A stretch of 64,000 bases of DNA from Candidatus Heimdallarchaeota archaeon (GCA_019057815.1 JAHLWR010000002.1:206284-270283); one strand, 5' to 3'. Positions 40,896 through 51,215 are shown, numbered from the stretch's first letter. Numbers and translations are program-made. Notes: a model not told the origin generated them from the letters alone.

Positions 40896-42782
40896 TTGAT
40901 GTTGCCTATTCTCTCTGAATTTGAGTTTTCTCACATTATTCCACTTTCAGAATCATCAACGCACAGAATAGAGATTCTAGAGGGAATCAATGTTTTACAT
41001 GCAGAAAATGGTTATGGAAAAACAACTCTTCTTGACATTATTGAAAGATCTATTTGTTCTGATGCACATGCACAAAGATATTTCTCTTTTGCAAGGAAAA
41101 GAGTTGACAAAAAAGCATACATAAAATCAAAGTGGATAAGTGAAAAAGAAATATCAATCTATCAGAGCTTAACAGATGCAGGTATACGAACAAGAGTCAC
41201 TGAAAGAGGGAAGGGACAGAAGACGCTTTCAAAAGAAGAATATTCAGATTATATGTATAGAGAATTTTGTTTAACATTATTTGATTTCCAAGATCTCTTT
41301 CAATCATTATATTATAAAAGAGAAGATGACCACTCAATGCTTGGAAGACAGGAAGAAGCAGATTTACTAAGTTTCTTTGAATTAATCAATAGGTTTACGA
41401 GTGGTGCTCCCGAAGATTATCTACTTAGGCAAAAAATTAGAACAAGAGAAAATGAAAGAAAAAATATTCTTGATCAGATAAGAAAACTGGAAGAAACAGA
41501 AGACAACATTCGAAATGCTATGAAATTGCTAGGGATAGGTGAAGTAGATGAAAAACTTGTATTTGCGAAGCTTAAAGCCTTTGAAAACGAAAGAAAAAGC
41601 AAAGAAGAGCTGATTCAAGGTGAAGACAAGTATATACAAGAGCTTGAAAAAGATGAAGAGAAAAAGAATAAAATCCTTTCAGACATAAGAGAAGAGAATT
41701 ATGAGATAAGAGTCAATCTTGATAGATTGAAAAGTAGAAGACGAGAATATGTTATTCAAAGAGAAATGTTAATCAAAACTTCAAAAATAGCAACAAAGAT
41801 TGGAAATGAAAAATACGACTACTTAAGAACTAAAGTAAGAAATGATTCTCTGTGTGAGTTTTGCCATACGAATCTCGAAAAAGTATGGGATGCAAGAATA
41901 AACATTGGATGCCCTTTATGTGGAACGGATTGGTCAAAATTACCTTCTTCTCTGAGAGAAGGTTTATTTTCTATTGAAGCTCAAGATGAGCCTAAAACAG
42001 AAGCACTAGAAGGGGAAAGAACTAAAGTTGACAATCTATTGTTTGAAATTAATCAAGAAATAACAAATATAGAAGAAGAAGAACTTAGAATTGCTAAACA
42101 AAAGGAAGAAAAATTGCATGATGAGTTATCAGAAATAAGGTTGGGTTTAAAGAACCATAATCAGAATATTCGTAGGATTTTGGAAGAGATCAAAGAATCA
42201 GATAAGAAATCATCTGGTATAGAGATACAGATGGAGATTTTAACAAAAAATGTCAATTTAAATGCAGTACAAGTAAACAAGAGAAAAATACTAATCAAAT
42301 TAGAGAAAATACAAGAAGAAATTGCTAACATTAAAAAACAAGAATCTACTATAAACGAAAGGGCTCAAATAATAAAACAGTTTTCTGAAACAACAACACA
42401 AATTTTTGGTTATGGGATGACAGTTGACCCTAGAACATTAACGATATCATTGATGTTTGATGGAAGTACAAGAGCATATGATAGTATGTCAGGAGGAGAA
42501 AAATATTTCGTTGATTTATGTCTCAGAATAGCAGTCTGGAAATATCTACTTGCAAAAGGTTTCACAAGTCAAGCACTAATGCTAGTTGATAGTCCAGAAA
42601 ATGCTTTAGATAGTACAAGATTAAAACTTCTAGCCGATGTAATCAATAATGAGAAAAAAGATTTTGTTTTTATTATTACAACAAGAAATGAAGAATTCTC
42701 TAATTTACTAAAAGGAGAACAAATGAAAGTTAGAAAAGAAGTTCAAACCTCGCTTTTTGACTTCATTGAGCAAAATGAATAA
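40896..42782 (+). CDS. SMC/Rad50-like coiled-coil ABC ATPase
   Basis: Walker A AENGYGKTT, coiled coils, central CEFC..CPLC, signature MSGGEK, Walker B/D-loop LVDSPENALD, C-terminal QTSLFDFI. Confidence 0.85.
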   Translation: MMLPILSEFEFSHIIPLSESSTHRIEILEGINVLHAENGYGKTTLLDIIERSICSDAHAQRYFSFARKRVDKKAYIKSKWISEKEISIYQSLTDAGIRTRVTERGKGQKTLSKEEYSDYMYREFCLTLFDFQDLFQSLYYKREDDHSMLGRQEEADLLSFFELINRFTSGAPEDYLLRQKIRTRENERKNILDQIRKLEETEDNIRNAMKLLGIGEVDEKLVFAKLKAFENERKSKEELIQGEDKYIQELEKDEEKKNKILSDIREENYEIRVNLDRLKSRRREYVIQREMLIKTSKIATKIGNEKYDYLRTKVRNDSLCEFCHTNLEKVWDARINIGCPLCGTDWSKLPSSLREGLFSIEAQDEPKTEALEGERTKVDNLLFEINQEITNIEEEELRIAKQKEEKLHDELSEIRLGLKNHNQNIRRILEEIKESDKKSSGIEIQMEILTKNVNLNAVQVNKRKILIKLEKIQEEIANIKKQESTINERAQIIKQFSETTTQIFGYGMTVDPRTLTISLMFDGSTRAYDSMSGGEKYFVDLCLRIAVWKYLLAKGFTSQALMLVDSPENALDSTRLKLLADVINNEKKDFVFIITTRNEEFSNLLKGEQMKVRKEVQTSLFDFIEQNE

Positions 42783-42806
42783 ATAATAAAAAAAGGAAAG
42801 AACCTC

Positions 42807-43250
42807 TTAAGCATAACCTTCTTTTTTCTTAAATTCACCTGATAAAATCTGCTTTATTAGTTTGTCAAAAGGAGCTTTTCCAACAGCTCCAACTACATTT
42901 CCTAGAAATTTACCGTTGTGGAAAACTAGAAAATTGGGAATTGAAGAAACATTATAACGCATAGCAGTACGACGATTTTGATCAATATTAAGCTTACCTA
43001 CAGAAACTTTTTCTTTCATATCCTTTGCAATCTGTTCCATAACAGGAGCCATACTTCTACAAGGACCACACCAAGCAGCCCAACAATCTACAATCACGAT
43101 TCGTTGTTGTTTAACAAATTCGTCAAAATCTGCATCTGTCACATCAACAGCTTTTCCTGTTGGAAATTTTGATTGATTAGTATTAGTTTCACCTTGTAAA
43201 TATTGTCTATATTTTTCACGTTTTATTTTCTCAAGTTCATTATCAACCAT
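42807..43250 (-). CDS. trxA: Thioredoxin
   Basis: WAAWCGPC, SIP, N-terminal DNELEKIK extension. Confidence 0.93.
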   Translation of the reverse strand: MVDNELEKIKREKYRQYLQGETNTNQSKFPTGKAVDVTDADFDEFVKQQRIVIVDCWAAWCGPCRSMAPVMEQIAKDMKEKVSVGKLNIDQNRRTAMRYNVSSIPNFLVFHNGKFLGNVVGAVGKAPFDKLIKQILSGEFKKKEGYA

Positions 43251-43270
43251 TTTTCATCCAACTTATACGT

Positions 43271-43291
43271 TATGTGCCATGGTAGCACATA
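43271..43291. promoter_or_regulatory. Inverted repeat, candidate operator
   Basis: TATGTGC-N7-GCACATA between the divergent trxA and HTH genes. Confidence 0.4.
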
Positions 43292-43355
43292 CCGGTTTTT
43301 AAAATGTTCTATTGGGCAGTAGTTCCGATAAATAAGAAAAACGTAAGGTTTAAGT

Positions 43356-43760
43356 ATGTGCACGATTCATCCACATACGAGTGCGATGCATAAGTGTTTA
43401 GTGAACTTACCACAGGTACTTGATTCAGGTGGTAAATGTGCTATTTTTGAATGTCTGTTTGGCATAAAATCATTAGGTGTAGAAATCTATTTCTATGTCT
43501 TAAAACAAGATCGAACAATCAAAGAAATTGCTACCAAAGTGAAACGAGACCGAACTACAGCATTAAGGTTATTACAGAAACTTATGAACCAAAATTTAAT
43601 TTTAAGGAAAACTGAAATGCTTTCTCAAGGCGGTATTAGACACATTTATTCAGCTACACCTCAAGAAAGCATTAAAGAGAGGCTTCAAGAAACGATTAAC
43701 GATATTGAAATAGCTGTAGAACATCTAGTAAAAAGGGATTGGAAAGGGTTGTCTGATTAA
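43356..43760 (+). CDS. TrmB/MarR-like HTH regulator
   Basis: ECLFGI, TIKEIA..VKRDRTT..R.LQKL...LI.R...GG.RHIY. Confidence 0.85.
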   Translation: MCTIHPHTSAMHKCLVNLPQVLDSGGKCAIFECLFGIKSLGVEIYFYVLKQDRTIKEIATKVKRDRTTALRLLQKLMNQNLILRKTEMLSQGGIRHIYSATPQESIKERLQETINDIEIAVEHLVKRDWKGLSD

Positions 43761-43769
43761 AGCTTAGTG

Positions 43770-44366
43770 TCAGAAATCGAATTCCTCAAGATCATCCAAT
43801 GATCCAGATAAATCATCGGTTAACTTTCGTTTTTTCTTGTCTTTTCTCCCAGCTACTTTAGATGACAATTCTGACACGAATTCAGTAGTCATCTCTGTTT
43901 CAGTAGTTATCTCTGTTTCAGAAGGTTCTTCGATTGTCAAATCTGGAGCACTAACGCTTTCCGAGGGTAGACTTTGTGATTTTTGAGTCTCTAATGACGA
44001 ATTTAGTGGAGATTGACTTGCTGAGGGTTGCTCTTGTGGAGGGCTAATAGGAGCACTAGATGGAGTCTCAGTTGGTGATTTAACATGAGCAGGAAATGAC
44101 ATGTCAGAAGAATCAGAGACTAAACTTCCTGCTTGAATTATCTTTACTATATCCTTGCACAATGTTTTGAATGCTGGACTTAGTTGGTACATATATTTTG
44201 GTAGATTAGCTCTTATTTGCTGCAGATAATATACACCATTCTCATAATCTTCTGAATAGAAGGATTGTATTGCTTGAATCAATAACTGATGCATTAATTT
44301 ATCAGGTGGGATACCACCCGAGCTTTGAGTGTGTGGAAACATAATATCTAAGAATGAAGATGTCAT
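43770..44366 (-). CDS. Hypothetical protein (helical N-domain, S/P/T/E linker, acidic tail)
   Basis: 198-aa ORF with coherent composition; no family recognised. Confidence 0.65.
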   Translation of the reverse strand: MTSSFLDIMFPHTQSSGGIPPDKLMHQLLIQAIQSFYSEDYENGVYYLQQIRANLPKYMYQLSPAFKTLCKDIVKIIQAGSLVSDSSDMSFPAHVKSPTETPSSAPISPPQEQPSASQSPLNSSLETQKSQSLPSESVSAPDLTIEEPSETEITTETEMTTEFVSELSSKVAGRKDKKKRKLTDDLSGSLDDLEEFDF

Positions 44367-44456
44367 AACAGTTTAATAAAATTGTCATAGATTTTTTAAA
44401 ATGGAAAAGAATTATCCTTATATTCCTTAAAAAAATCGAATACTTAACTGAAGGAC

Positions 44457-45740
44457 TTGAAAATTCTGAGTGAACGAGAAAATTACCTCGCTAGGACGAT
44501 GAATTATATTGTTGAAAAAACCTATTTGAATGATCGTAAACGTCTTTCTCCTGTTTTGCTTGGTATTGTTGGAAGTTTTTCCTTATCAATTTTTGGTGCT
44601 TATGTTGGTCTTCACTTAGAGGATATTGGTACAACAGCAATAATAATTGGTGTCATTCTAGCTCTAAGAAACATCTACCAACTTTTCTTGCGAGTTCCTC
44701 TAGCTCAATTTAGTCAAATGATAGGTAGAAAACCACTTCTAATTGCCGGTGTATTTTTTTATGCGTCTAGTCTGTTAATCTTGTCATTTTCCTATAATTG
44801 GATTGTTGTTCTTATTGCAACAACACTACTGGCTATTGGCATGAGTTGTTTCTGGCCGGTAATTTTTGCATATATTGGAGATTTTGAAAAAGATAATATT
44901 GGTCAAATGCAAGGAAGAGTATTCCAAGGAACAGATTTCGGAACAATTATTGGTGCATTGTTGGCTTACTTGTTACTCAAACAGTTAGAGGTTCAATATA
45001 GGGTGCTTTTCGGATGGAGTGCAGGAGTAGCTTTTGCAGGAGCGATAGCTTTAGCCTTTTTTATTCCTGAAGTCTTAAAAAAAGAAGATCGTTTACAAGT
45101 AGAATCTCGTATAAAAGCTCTTGGAAGTTCATTTTTAGCTATGTTTCGTAACCTAATAATTGTAACAAAGCAAAAACGCTTAGCTTTACTTTACCTTTTT
45201 CAGTTCGTTTTAGCTTTTATGGAGTACATGGTAGTTGCATTTGTACCATTTTTGATTGTTAACGAAAAAAATTTCACAAACGATACTGTCGCTCAAATAC
45301 TGTGGATAACAGCTGGAGTCTTAATCTTTTTCAAACCATATATGGGGTCTGTAATAGACCGGCTTGGGTATAAGAAACCTGTAATTCTTACATTGCTAGT
45401 TGCTTCGGTAGCTCTTACTTTGATTGTGTTTGTTGATCTTTTACCAGTAATTATTCTATTGTATATTGTGTACAGTGCTAGTATATTAACAGCATATTTA
45501 GGGATGAATACCGGTGCTACAAGAGCTTCAAAACCAGCTCACAGGGGGATAGCTCTTGGGGCGCTTGGTTTTTATGTTTCAGCTGGAAGGTCAATGTCAA
45601 CACTAATATTATCACCAGTCTGGGAGAAATTTGATGTAAACGTTGTTTTTATCTCAACAGCAATAGCAATAATTGCTGCTACTATCATTCTCTCTTTATT
45701 TTCCAAATTCTTTGAAAAATCTGAAACAGAACAGTTGTAA
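44457..45740 (+). CDS. MFS transporter
   Basis: About 12 TM helices, SQMIGRK and DRLGYK loops. Start probably ATG 44499. Confidence 0.9.
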   Translation: MKILSERENYLARTMNYIVEKTYLNDRKRLSPVLLGIVGSFSLSIFGAYVGLHLEDIGTTAIIIGVILALRNIYQLFLRVPLAQFSQMIGRKPLLIAGVFFYASSLLILSFSYNWIVVLIATTLLAIGMSCFWPVIFAYIGDFEKDNIGQMQGRVFQGTDFGTIIGALLAYLLLKQLEVQYRVLFGWSAGVAFAGAIALAFFIPEVLKKEDRLQVESRIKALGSSFLAMFRNLIIVTKQKRLALLYLFQFVLAFMEYMVVAFVPFLIVNEKNFTNDTVAQILWITAGVLIFFKPYMGSVIDRLGYKKPVILTLLVASVALTLIVFVDLLPVIILLYIVYSASILTAYLGMNTGATRASKPAHRGIALGALGFYVSAGRSMSTLILSPVWEKFDVNVVFISTAIAIIAATIILSLFSKFFEKSETEQL

Positions 45741-45827
45741 AGCCAGATTACTGTGATATTTTCAAGCTTGAAGAACAACATTAAAGAATCTAAAGCTAAG
45801 CATTAACAAAACTTAGGTGCCAGTGTA

Positions 45828-46877
45828 ATGAAAGCTGAACCACAATTGAATAAAGGTGTGTTAAAGGAATTTATCCTCAGAATGTATGATATTGATGTTG
45901 AATACTTTGAGTTCGTACCTATTGGAGAACTATCATATTCATACATCATAAAAACACAAGACAAAAAGAAGTATTTTCTTAAACTTTACAAACCATCTAG
46001 ATTAACTCAATCAGTGATATTAAACCTTGATTTTTCTCTTCAAGTTGTAGAACAACTGAACGAGAGAGCACACATCACCAGAATTCCCCACCCAATAAAG
46101 AATTCTGATTGCAGGAATATATCGCAATTAGAAGATTTCAATGTGGTTTTGTGGAATTTTATTGAAGGAAAAATGGTCACAAAAGATCAATCTAATTCAA
46201 AATACTTTGCTAAACAAATGGGAGCATTATTAGCAGAAATACATAGAGCAACAGACACACTTGAATTATCCAAACCAGTTTTGGAACAGTTTGAAGTAGA
46301 TTTCAAACAAGATTTGAATAAATGTATGACACTTTTACTATCTAGTGATAAACTAGAAAATATATATCAAGAAAAATTGAGAGTAATGATTACCACAGTT
46401 TCTAAAGAGATTTTTAATTCTATGAGACATTTGGAAAATGTTGTAATAAAGCTAAAGAAACAAGATGTTGAAAGAGTAATATGTCATAAAGATCCAATTC
46501 GACATAATGTACTAATCAATGATTCAGAAGATATTTTTCTTATTGACTGGGACGATCCAACGTTTGCTCCTTTTGAACAGGATATTTGGTTCTTCATCAA
46601 TGATAAACATTTCAAGACTTTTATCAATAGTTACAAATATTTGAGAGACTTTCCGAAGATAAATGGAGATATTGTAATTTATTATTTTTTTAAACGCACC
46701 CTCGTTGATCTTACTGACTGGTTGTATAGAATTTTGTTCGAAAATATGCATGAAGAACAAAACATTAGTGATCTTAATGAATTGGAAGAAGACGTTATGT
46801 CAGTAATCACTGTAATGGAGAAAGAAGAAAATATTTTCAGAAAGAAGATTAAAAAATGGGTGACTGAAGCAAAATAA
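45828..46877 (+). CDS. APH/choline-kinase-like phosphotransferase
   Basis: YFLKLY, LAEIH, CHKD...NVL, LIDWD, APFEQD. Confidence 0.85.
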   Translation: MKAEPQLNKGVLKEFILRMYDIDVEYFEFVPIGELSYSYIIKTQDKKKYFLKLYKPSRLTQSVILNLDFSLQVVEQLNERAHITRIPHPIKNSDCRNISQLEDFNVVLWNFIEGKMVTKDQSNSKYFAKQMGALLAEIHRATDTLELSKPVLEQFEVDFKQDLNKCMTLLLSSDKLENIYQEKLRVMITTVSKEIFNSMRHLENVVIKLKKQDVERVICHKDPIRHNVLINDSEDIFLIDWDDPTFAPFEQDIWFFINDKHFKTFINSYKYLRDFPKINGDIVIYYFFKRTLVDLTDWLYRILFENMHEEQNISDLNELEEDVMSVITVMEKEENIFRKKIKKWVTEAK

Positions 46878-47127
46878 CCTCAAAATAATTCAGAAAAAAC
46901 ACCGTTAATACTGAAAAATTGGCTGTTTTGAAGCTTATATGCAATTTTTAAAAGATGAAATACTTCGCAGTTTCTAATTGTTTTTTCCTTTCTTCCAAGA
47001 AGGATGTCCTACAATAAGATGACCTTAACACAAGATAAAAAAGAACTAATATAAGAAAGGAAAGAAGGAAAAACTTAGATAGTTGAAGACAATAATGATT
47101 TAAAAGAATCTGAATATACTGTATTTC

Positions 47128-47640
47128 ATGAAACAAGAAGAAGAGATTTGTTCAAAATGTGGAACTATTTTGCGATATAGTAAAAACTCTTACATTGTTG
47201 AAAGTGAGAAAAAAGAAAAGCCTAGTAAACGTTTCAGACGATATAAATTTTGGGTCACACCTCTGAATATCTTGTTCTTATGTCTTTTCATTGCAGGAAT
47301 TGATATGGCAATAGTTCCTCTTGATGCACCATTTAGTTCTCATTGGGCATTTTGGCCTATAGTTGGTATTATAACAATTTTTCTATTAGCACTTATACTA
47401 TCTAAACGTCCAGAGTCATTTTGGGTTATTGCTCCGCTTATTTTTGCTAATATTGCTATGTTATTGTACTTTATTGATATATCTTATGGCGAGAACGATG
47501 GAGCTTTTGGTCTCGATTGGGCACTAATACCGATACTTTCTCTACTAATTTTTGGTTTTGCAATTCCAGTTGTTTCACGCTTTGGTTATATCAAAGAAAC
47601 ACCAGAAGACAAATTCAAAAAGATGGTTGGAGAAGAATGA
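47128..47640 (+). CDS. Four-TM membrane protein with N-terminal CxxC
   Basis: CSKCG followed by hydrophobic helices with repeated WA.WP/WALIP. Confidence 0.7.
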   Translation: MKQEEEICSKCGTILRYSKNSYIVESEKKEKPSKRFRRYKFWVTPLNILFLCLFIAGIDMAIVPLDAPFSSHWAFWPIVGIITIFLLALILSKRPESFWVIAPLIFANIAMLLYFIDISYGENDGAFGLDWALIPILSLLIFGFAIPVVSRFGYIKETPEDKFKKMVGEE

Positions 47641-48581
47641 GTTTAGTACATAATCACAAAAAATTCACTTTTGGAAGAAAACTTCTTTCTCTATTAGAAG
47701 GATATTATAGTACGTACTTATGGGCTAGAGATCATGTTGCTCCTCAAGAGGGTTCATCTATAATCGATGCGTTAAAAGTTGCTGGATATGTGAAAACTAT
47801 TTCAGCTATTATTGATAATATGAGATCTTCTCCAAGAAGGACAAAAGTGAAAAAGGCATGTAGATCTTTTGAATTGGAAGGAAGTGACACAGGAATTCTT
47901 TTTACTCATGGGTTTGGAGCAAACCCTGAAATTTTCCGTAATCTTGCAGAATATTTACACGAAGAAACAGGATATACATGTCGAGTACTAAGGTTGGAAG
48001 GTCACGGTACTAGTGTTCAAGATATGGAACGCACTACCTTTTTAGATTGGTATAAATCCGTTGAACTTCACTATAAAGAGCTTTCAAGTAAGACTAATGA
48101 AATAATTCTACTTGGTCATTCCATGGGTAGTACACTCTCTTTACTCTTCTCTGTATACAACCCCTGTAAAGCGGTAATAACAATCTCTCCACCATTAGAT
48201 TTACCTAGACCAGATGCTAAATTTCTTCCACTAATTACTTGGTTCAAAAGATATTGGCCTACAAAAGAATCTGAGGCAGTGAAATATAGGAAACGTGGTC
48301 ATTATATTTATCCAAAAAGACCCTTAAAATGCGTTACAAGTATGTTTGATTTGATGAGTGTTACTAGAAAAAGATTACATAAAGTAACTGCGCCTCTTTA
48401 CACTTCAGTAGGCTTAAAAGACCCAAGAGTACCATCAAATAATATAGAACTCTTACTTTCATCTGTAAGTAGTTCCATTAAAAGAGCTGATTATTTTACA
48501 CAATCAACTCATTCGATTCATCTTGGGCCTGAAAAGGATGAGATTAAGAGGAATATATTGACATTTATTAGAAAATTATGA
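47637..48581 (+). CDS. Alpha/beta hydrolase (carboxylesterase)
   Basis: HGFG, GHG, GHSMG, D and H triad residues. Start placed at ATG 47637 overlapping the previous stop. Confidence 0.88.
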   Translation: MSLVHNHKKFTFGRKLLSLLEGYYSTYLWARDHVAPQEGSSIIDALKVAGYVKTISAIIDNMRSSPRRTKVKKACRSFELEGSDTGILFTHGFGANPEIFRNLAEYLHEETGYTCRVLRLEGHGTSVQDMERTTFLDWYKSVELHYKELSSKTNEIILLGHSMGSTLSLLFSVYNPCKAVITISPPLDLPRPDAKFLPLITWFKRYWPTKESEAVKYRKRGHYIYPKRPLKCVTSMFDLMSVTRKRLHKVTAPLYTSVGLKDPRVPSNNIELLLSSVSSSIKRADYFTQSTHSIHLGPEKDEIKRNILTFIRKL

Positions 48582-48615
48582 TTTAATTTTGTCATTTGAA
48601 TGTGTTTCCTTTTCT

Positions 48616-49350
48616 TCATTCTTCTAACCACTTTTCAATAGCTTCTAGAGCTTGATATCTACCAGCATCTACTAGGATGCTATGTCTTCCTTTATTCACA
48701 CTAACAATTGTTTTATCCCTTGAACCAACAGTGTGGTATATTTTTTTAATTTGCTTTGAAGGTACAGTTGGATCATTTTTACTATAAATTAGGAGAAGAG
48801 GATTTTCTATTGATGATAAATTTTTTCTCAAACTTTTCATCAATTTAGCAAACTCAATTGCACTTTCCGTTGGGAATTTAGGATAATGTTTTAATCTATC
48901 TAAAACACTAATATCATCCACTTTCGGTTCATCCATGTTATGCCATTTCTTGAGATATTTAACAAAAGGGAATAATTCCAGCATTTTCATTTTGGAGTTA
49001 AAAGATTTATATGGCGTTGCTAGAGCAATAAGCCCATCAATATCAGGATTTGTTGAGCCTAAATGGAGTGTGAGGGTTCCACCTAATGATGTCCCGATAA
49101 TGTAAACTTTCCTACATTTTTCTTTGAGATTATCTAAACAATTTTGACAATAATCAGTCCAGTCAGTCCACTTAACACCAATCATATCTTGTGGAGAAGT
49201 ATTATGCCCAGGAAGATCAAGAGCATCTACAACATAGCCCTTGTCTTTCAATGAATCAACTAGTATCTTAAAAGAGTATTTTGTACTAGCAAAACCATGA
49301 ATTAGCAGAAAACCAATTAATGCACTTTTTGACATAGATTGACACCTCAC
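48616..49350 (-). CDS. Alpha/beta hydrolase (carboxylesterase)
   Basis: HGFA, LPGH, GTSLGG, NDPTV, RHS. Confidence 0.88.
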   Translation of the reverse strand: MRCQSMSKSALIGFLLIHGFASTKYSFKILVDSLKDKGYVVDALDLPGHNTSPQDMIGVKWTDWTDYCQNCLDNLKEKCRKVYIIGTSLGGTLTLHLGSTNPDIDGLIALATPYKSFNSKMKMLELFPFVKYLKKWHNMDEPKVDDISVLDRLKHYPKFPTESAIEFAKLMKSLRKNLSSIENPLLLIYSKNDPTVPSKQIKKIYHTVGSRDKTIVSVNKGRHSILVDAGRYQALEAIEKWLEE

Positions 49351-49418
49351 TTTTACTAATAGAACCCGGTTCTATTACATGAAAATAAGCAGATTTCTTA
49401 AATATTACCAGAGAAATT

Positions 49419-50066
49419 GTGTGTTGTATGTTAATTAACATCGGTGGTACGAGTGTCTTAGTTTCTGAAGTTATTGGAAAATTAAGAGACAAAAATACTG
49501 AACCTTCCGTTTTCAGGGAAAACCTCAAACGATTAGGATCTTATCTAGCATATGAAGCTTCTAAAATGATGGGAAAATCAGTTAAGAAAGTTGAATCTCC
49601 CTTAGGGGAGGCTAAAATAGACTATCTTAAGGACAACATTTGTGTTATTGCAATTTTAAGAGCAGCACTACCTATGTTGGAGGGAGTACTTGAACAATTT
49701 TCACGTGCCGCAGTTGGAGTTGTCTCTGTTTCAAGAGGAAAAATGCTTCAGGAGAAAGGAAGAGATTTCAGAATTGATGGAACTTATGTTAATATTCCAT
49801 ACTTAGAGGATAAAGTTGCAATAATTGTTGATCCTATGTTAGCTAGTGGTTCCACAATATTATATATTTTAAACATAATAAAGGAACAAAAACCAAAAAA
49901 GATAATCATTCTATGTGCTATTGCTTCTCAGTATGGAATAGAAAGAATCCAAAATAAGTTTCAGGATAGTATAATTATTGCTGGAGCTGTCGACTCAATT
50001 TTAAATGAAAAAGGATATATTGTCCCTGGTTTAGGAGATGCGGGAGATAGAGCATTTAACACCTAA
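49419..50066 (+). CDS. upp: Uracil phosphoribosyltransferase
   Basis: ILRAA, DPMLASGST, GYIVPGLGDAGDR. Confidence 0.95.
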   Translation: MCCMLINIGGTSVLVSEVIGKLRDKNTEPSVFRENLKRLGSYLAYEASKMMGKSVKKVESPLGEAKIDYLKDNICVIAILRAALPMLEGVLEQFSRAAVGVVSVSRGKMLQEKGRDFRIDGTYVNIPYLEDKVAIIVDPMLASGSTILYILNIIKEQKPKKIIILCAIASQYGIERIQNKFQDSIIIAGAVDSILNEKGYIVPGLGDAGDRAFNT

Positions 50067-50171
50067 TTTAGTAATATGTTTAATATTCTGTATCAATTTT
50101 TGGTGTTTGGTAATAGTTAATAATAGTGGAAGCATTTTACAATTGATTTATTTATTTACAGATGTTTTAAT

Positions 50172-51215
50172 GTGGAAAATGAGAAAGTTGCTGAAATATC
50201 AGAAAAAAAATTTGCGATTCCTTGGAATGACTTCTTGAGCTATAATCTAGTTTTTCTTGCCATTTGGATCGGTTTTCTGTTCTATACGTTTATTTGGGCT
50301 CCAAAAGGTCAACCAGGAGATCCGACTTTTAGCAGTTTAATGAATATCAAAGAAAATAATCCTCTATTATGAGAGACTTTTTTGTACATTTTTTGTTAGG
50401 TTTAAATAGAATAATCAGAATAATAGTGCAGTGTTGTGGAAACATCACTGCTGGCACGGTGTGTCAGGATAATCTCTAAAGAACAAGACATATGATAGGA
50501 TCCTTCCCCTGGGTTCGTCTACCTAGAAGGAAGGTTAGATGACCTTCACAAGGTCACGTGTTCCACATGAGCGGAAGAAGCTTGTCTTCTCCAGTGTCTG
50601 TGACTAAGGTGTTATAGTCCATCTTCAACGGCGCGATGATTGCTTCCCCCTCGTAGGGGTTCTTGAAGCGCAAGATTGTTGTACAACAAAAATGTACAAA
50701 AATTAAGACTATGGGCAGTATTCAACCTAATAGCTGTTTGGTCTTTATTGTATACTGCAATTCTCTTAATTGAACAAAGAGAGAGATTTATACCTTCATG
50801 GCCTTTTATTCTCGCTTCTTTTGCTGCAGGTATGTATGCTTTAATGCCTTATTTTTCAGTAAGAGGTGTTTGGAAGAAGAAAACTAGGGAAAAAAGAAGT
50901 ATTATTATAAAAATTGCTGATTCGAAAATAACAGCTACTGCAATAGCTGTCTTAGTATTCAGTTTATTTCTATACGGGATTATTGCTTCTGCAATCAATA
51001 GCAGTTGGGTAGAATACGGTAATTTGTTCATAAACACACGTTTAGTTCACGTAATGACAATAGATTTCACTTTTCTTACAATCCTATATCCTATTTTAAT
51101 ATGGGACGATATGAAAAGAAGAAACTGGGAAAACAAGAAGATTTTCTGGTTATTTGCACTTTTACCAATCATTGGTCCTACAACTTACTTAGTTGTACGC
51201 CCCAAATTAAAATAA
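50172..51215 (+). pseudogene. Membrane protein (DUF2834-like) interrupted by a 338-bp insertion
   Basis: Removing 50372-50713 gives ..ENNPLL-W-AVFNL.. and a 702-nt (233-aa) frame with HVMTIDF and WDDMKRRNW. Confidence 0.85.
50372..50709. mobile_element. Non-autonomous (MITE-like) element with subterminal inverted repeats and a structured RNA core
   Basis: TATG at 50368-50371 and 50710-50713; IRs TTTTTGTACATTTTT(T)GTT at 50379-50397 and 50685-50702; no transposase ORF. Confidence 0.85.

Noticed and set aside
50368-50713. Insertion read as a group I, group II or BHB-spliced intron
   Set aside because: GACTA/TAGTC are only 8 nt apart, so they form a simple hairpin with no room for P3/P8. No junction register gives both an exon-terminal U and an intron-terminal G, there is no group II domain V, and none of the five registers forms a BHB.
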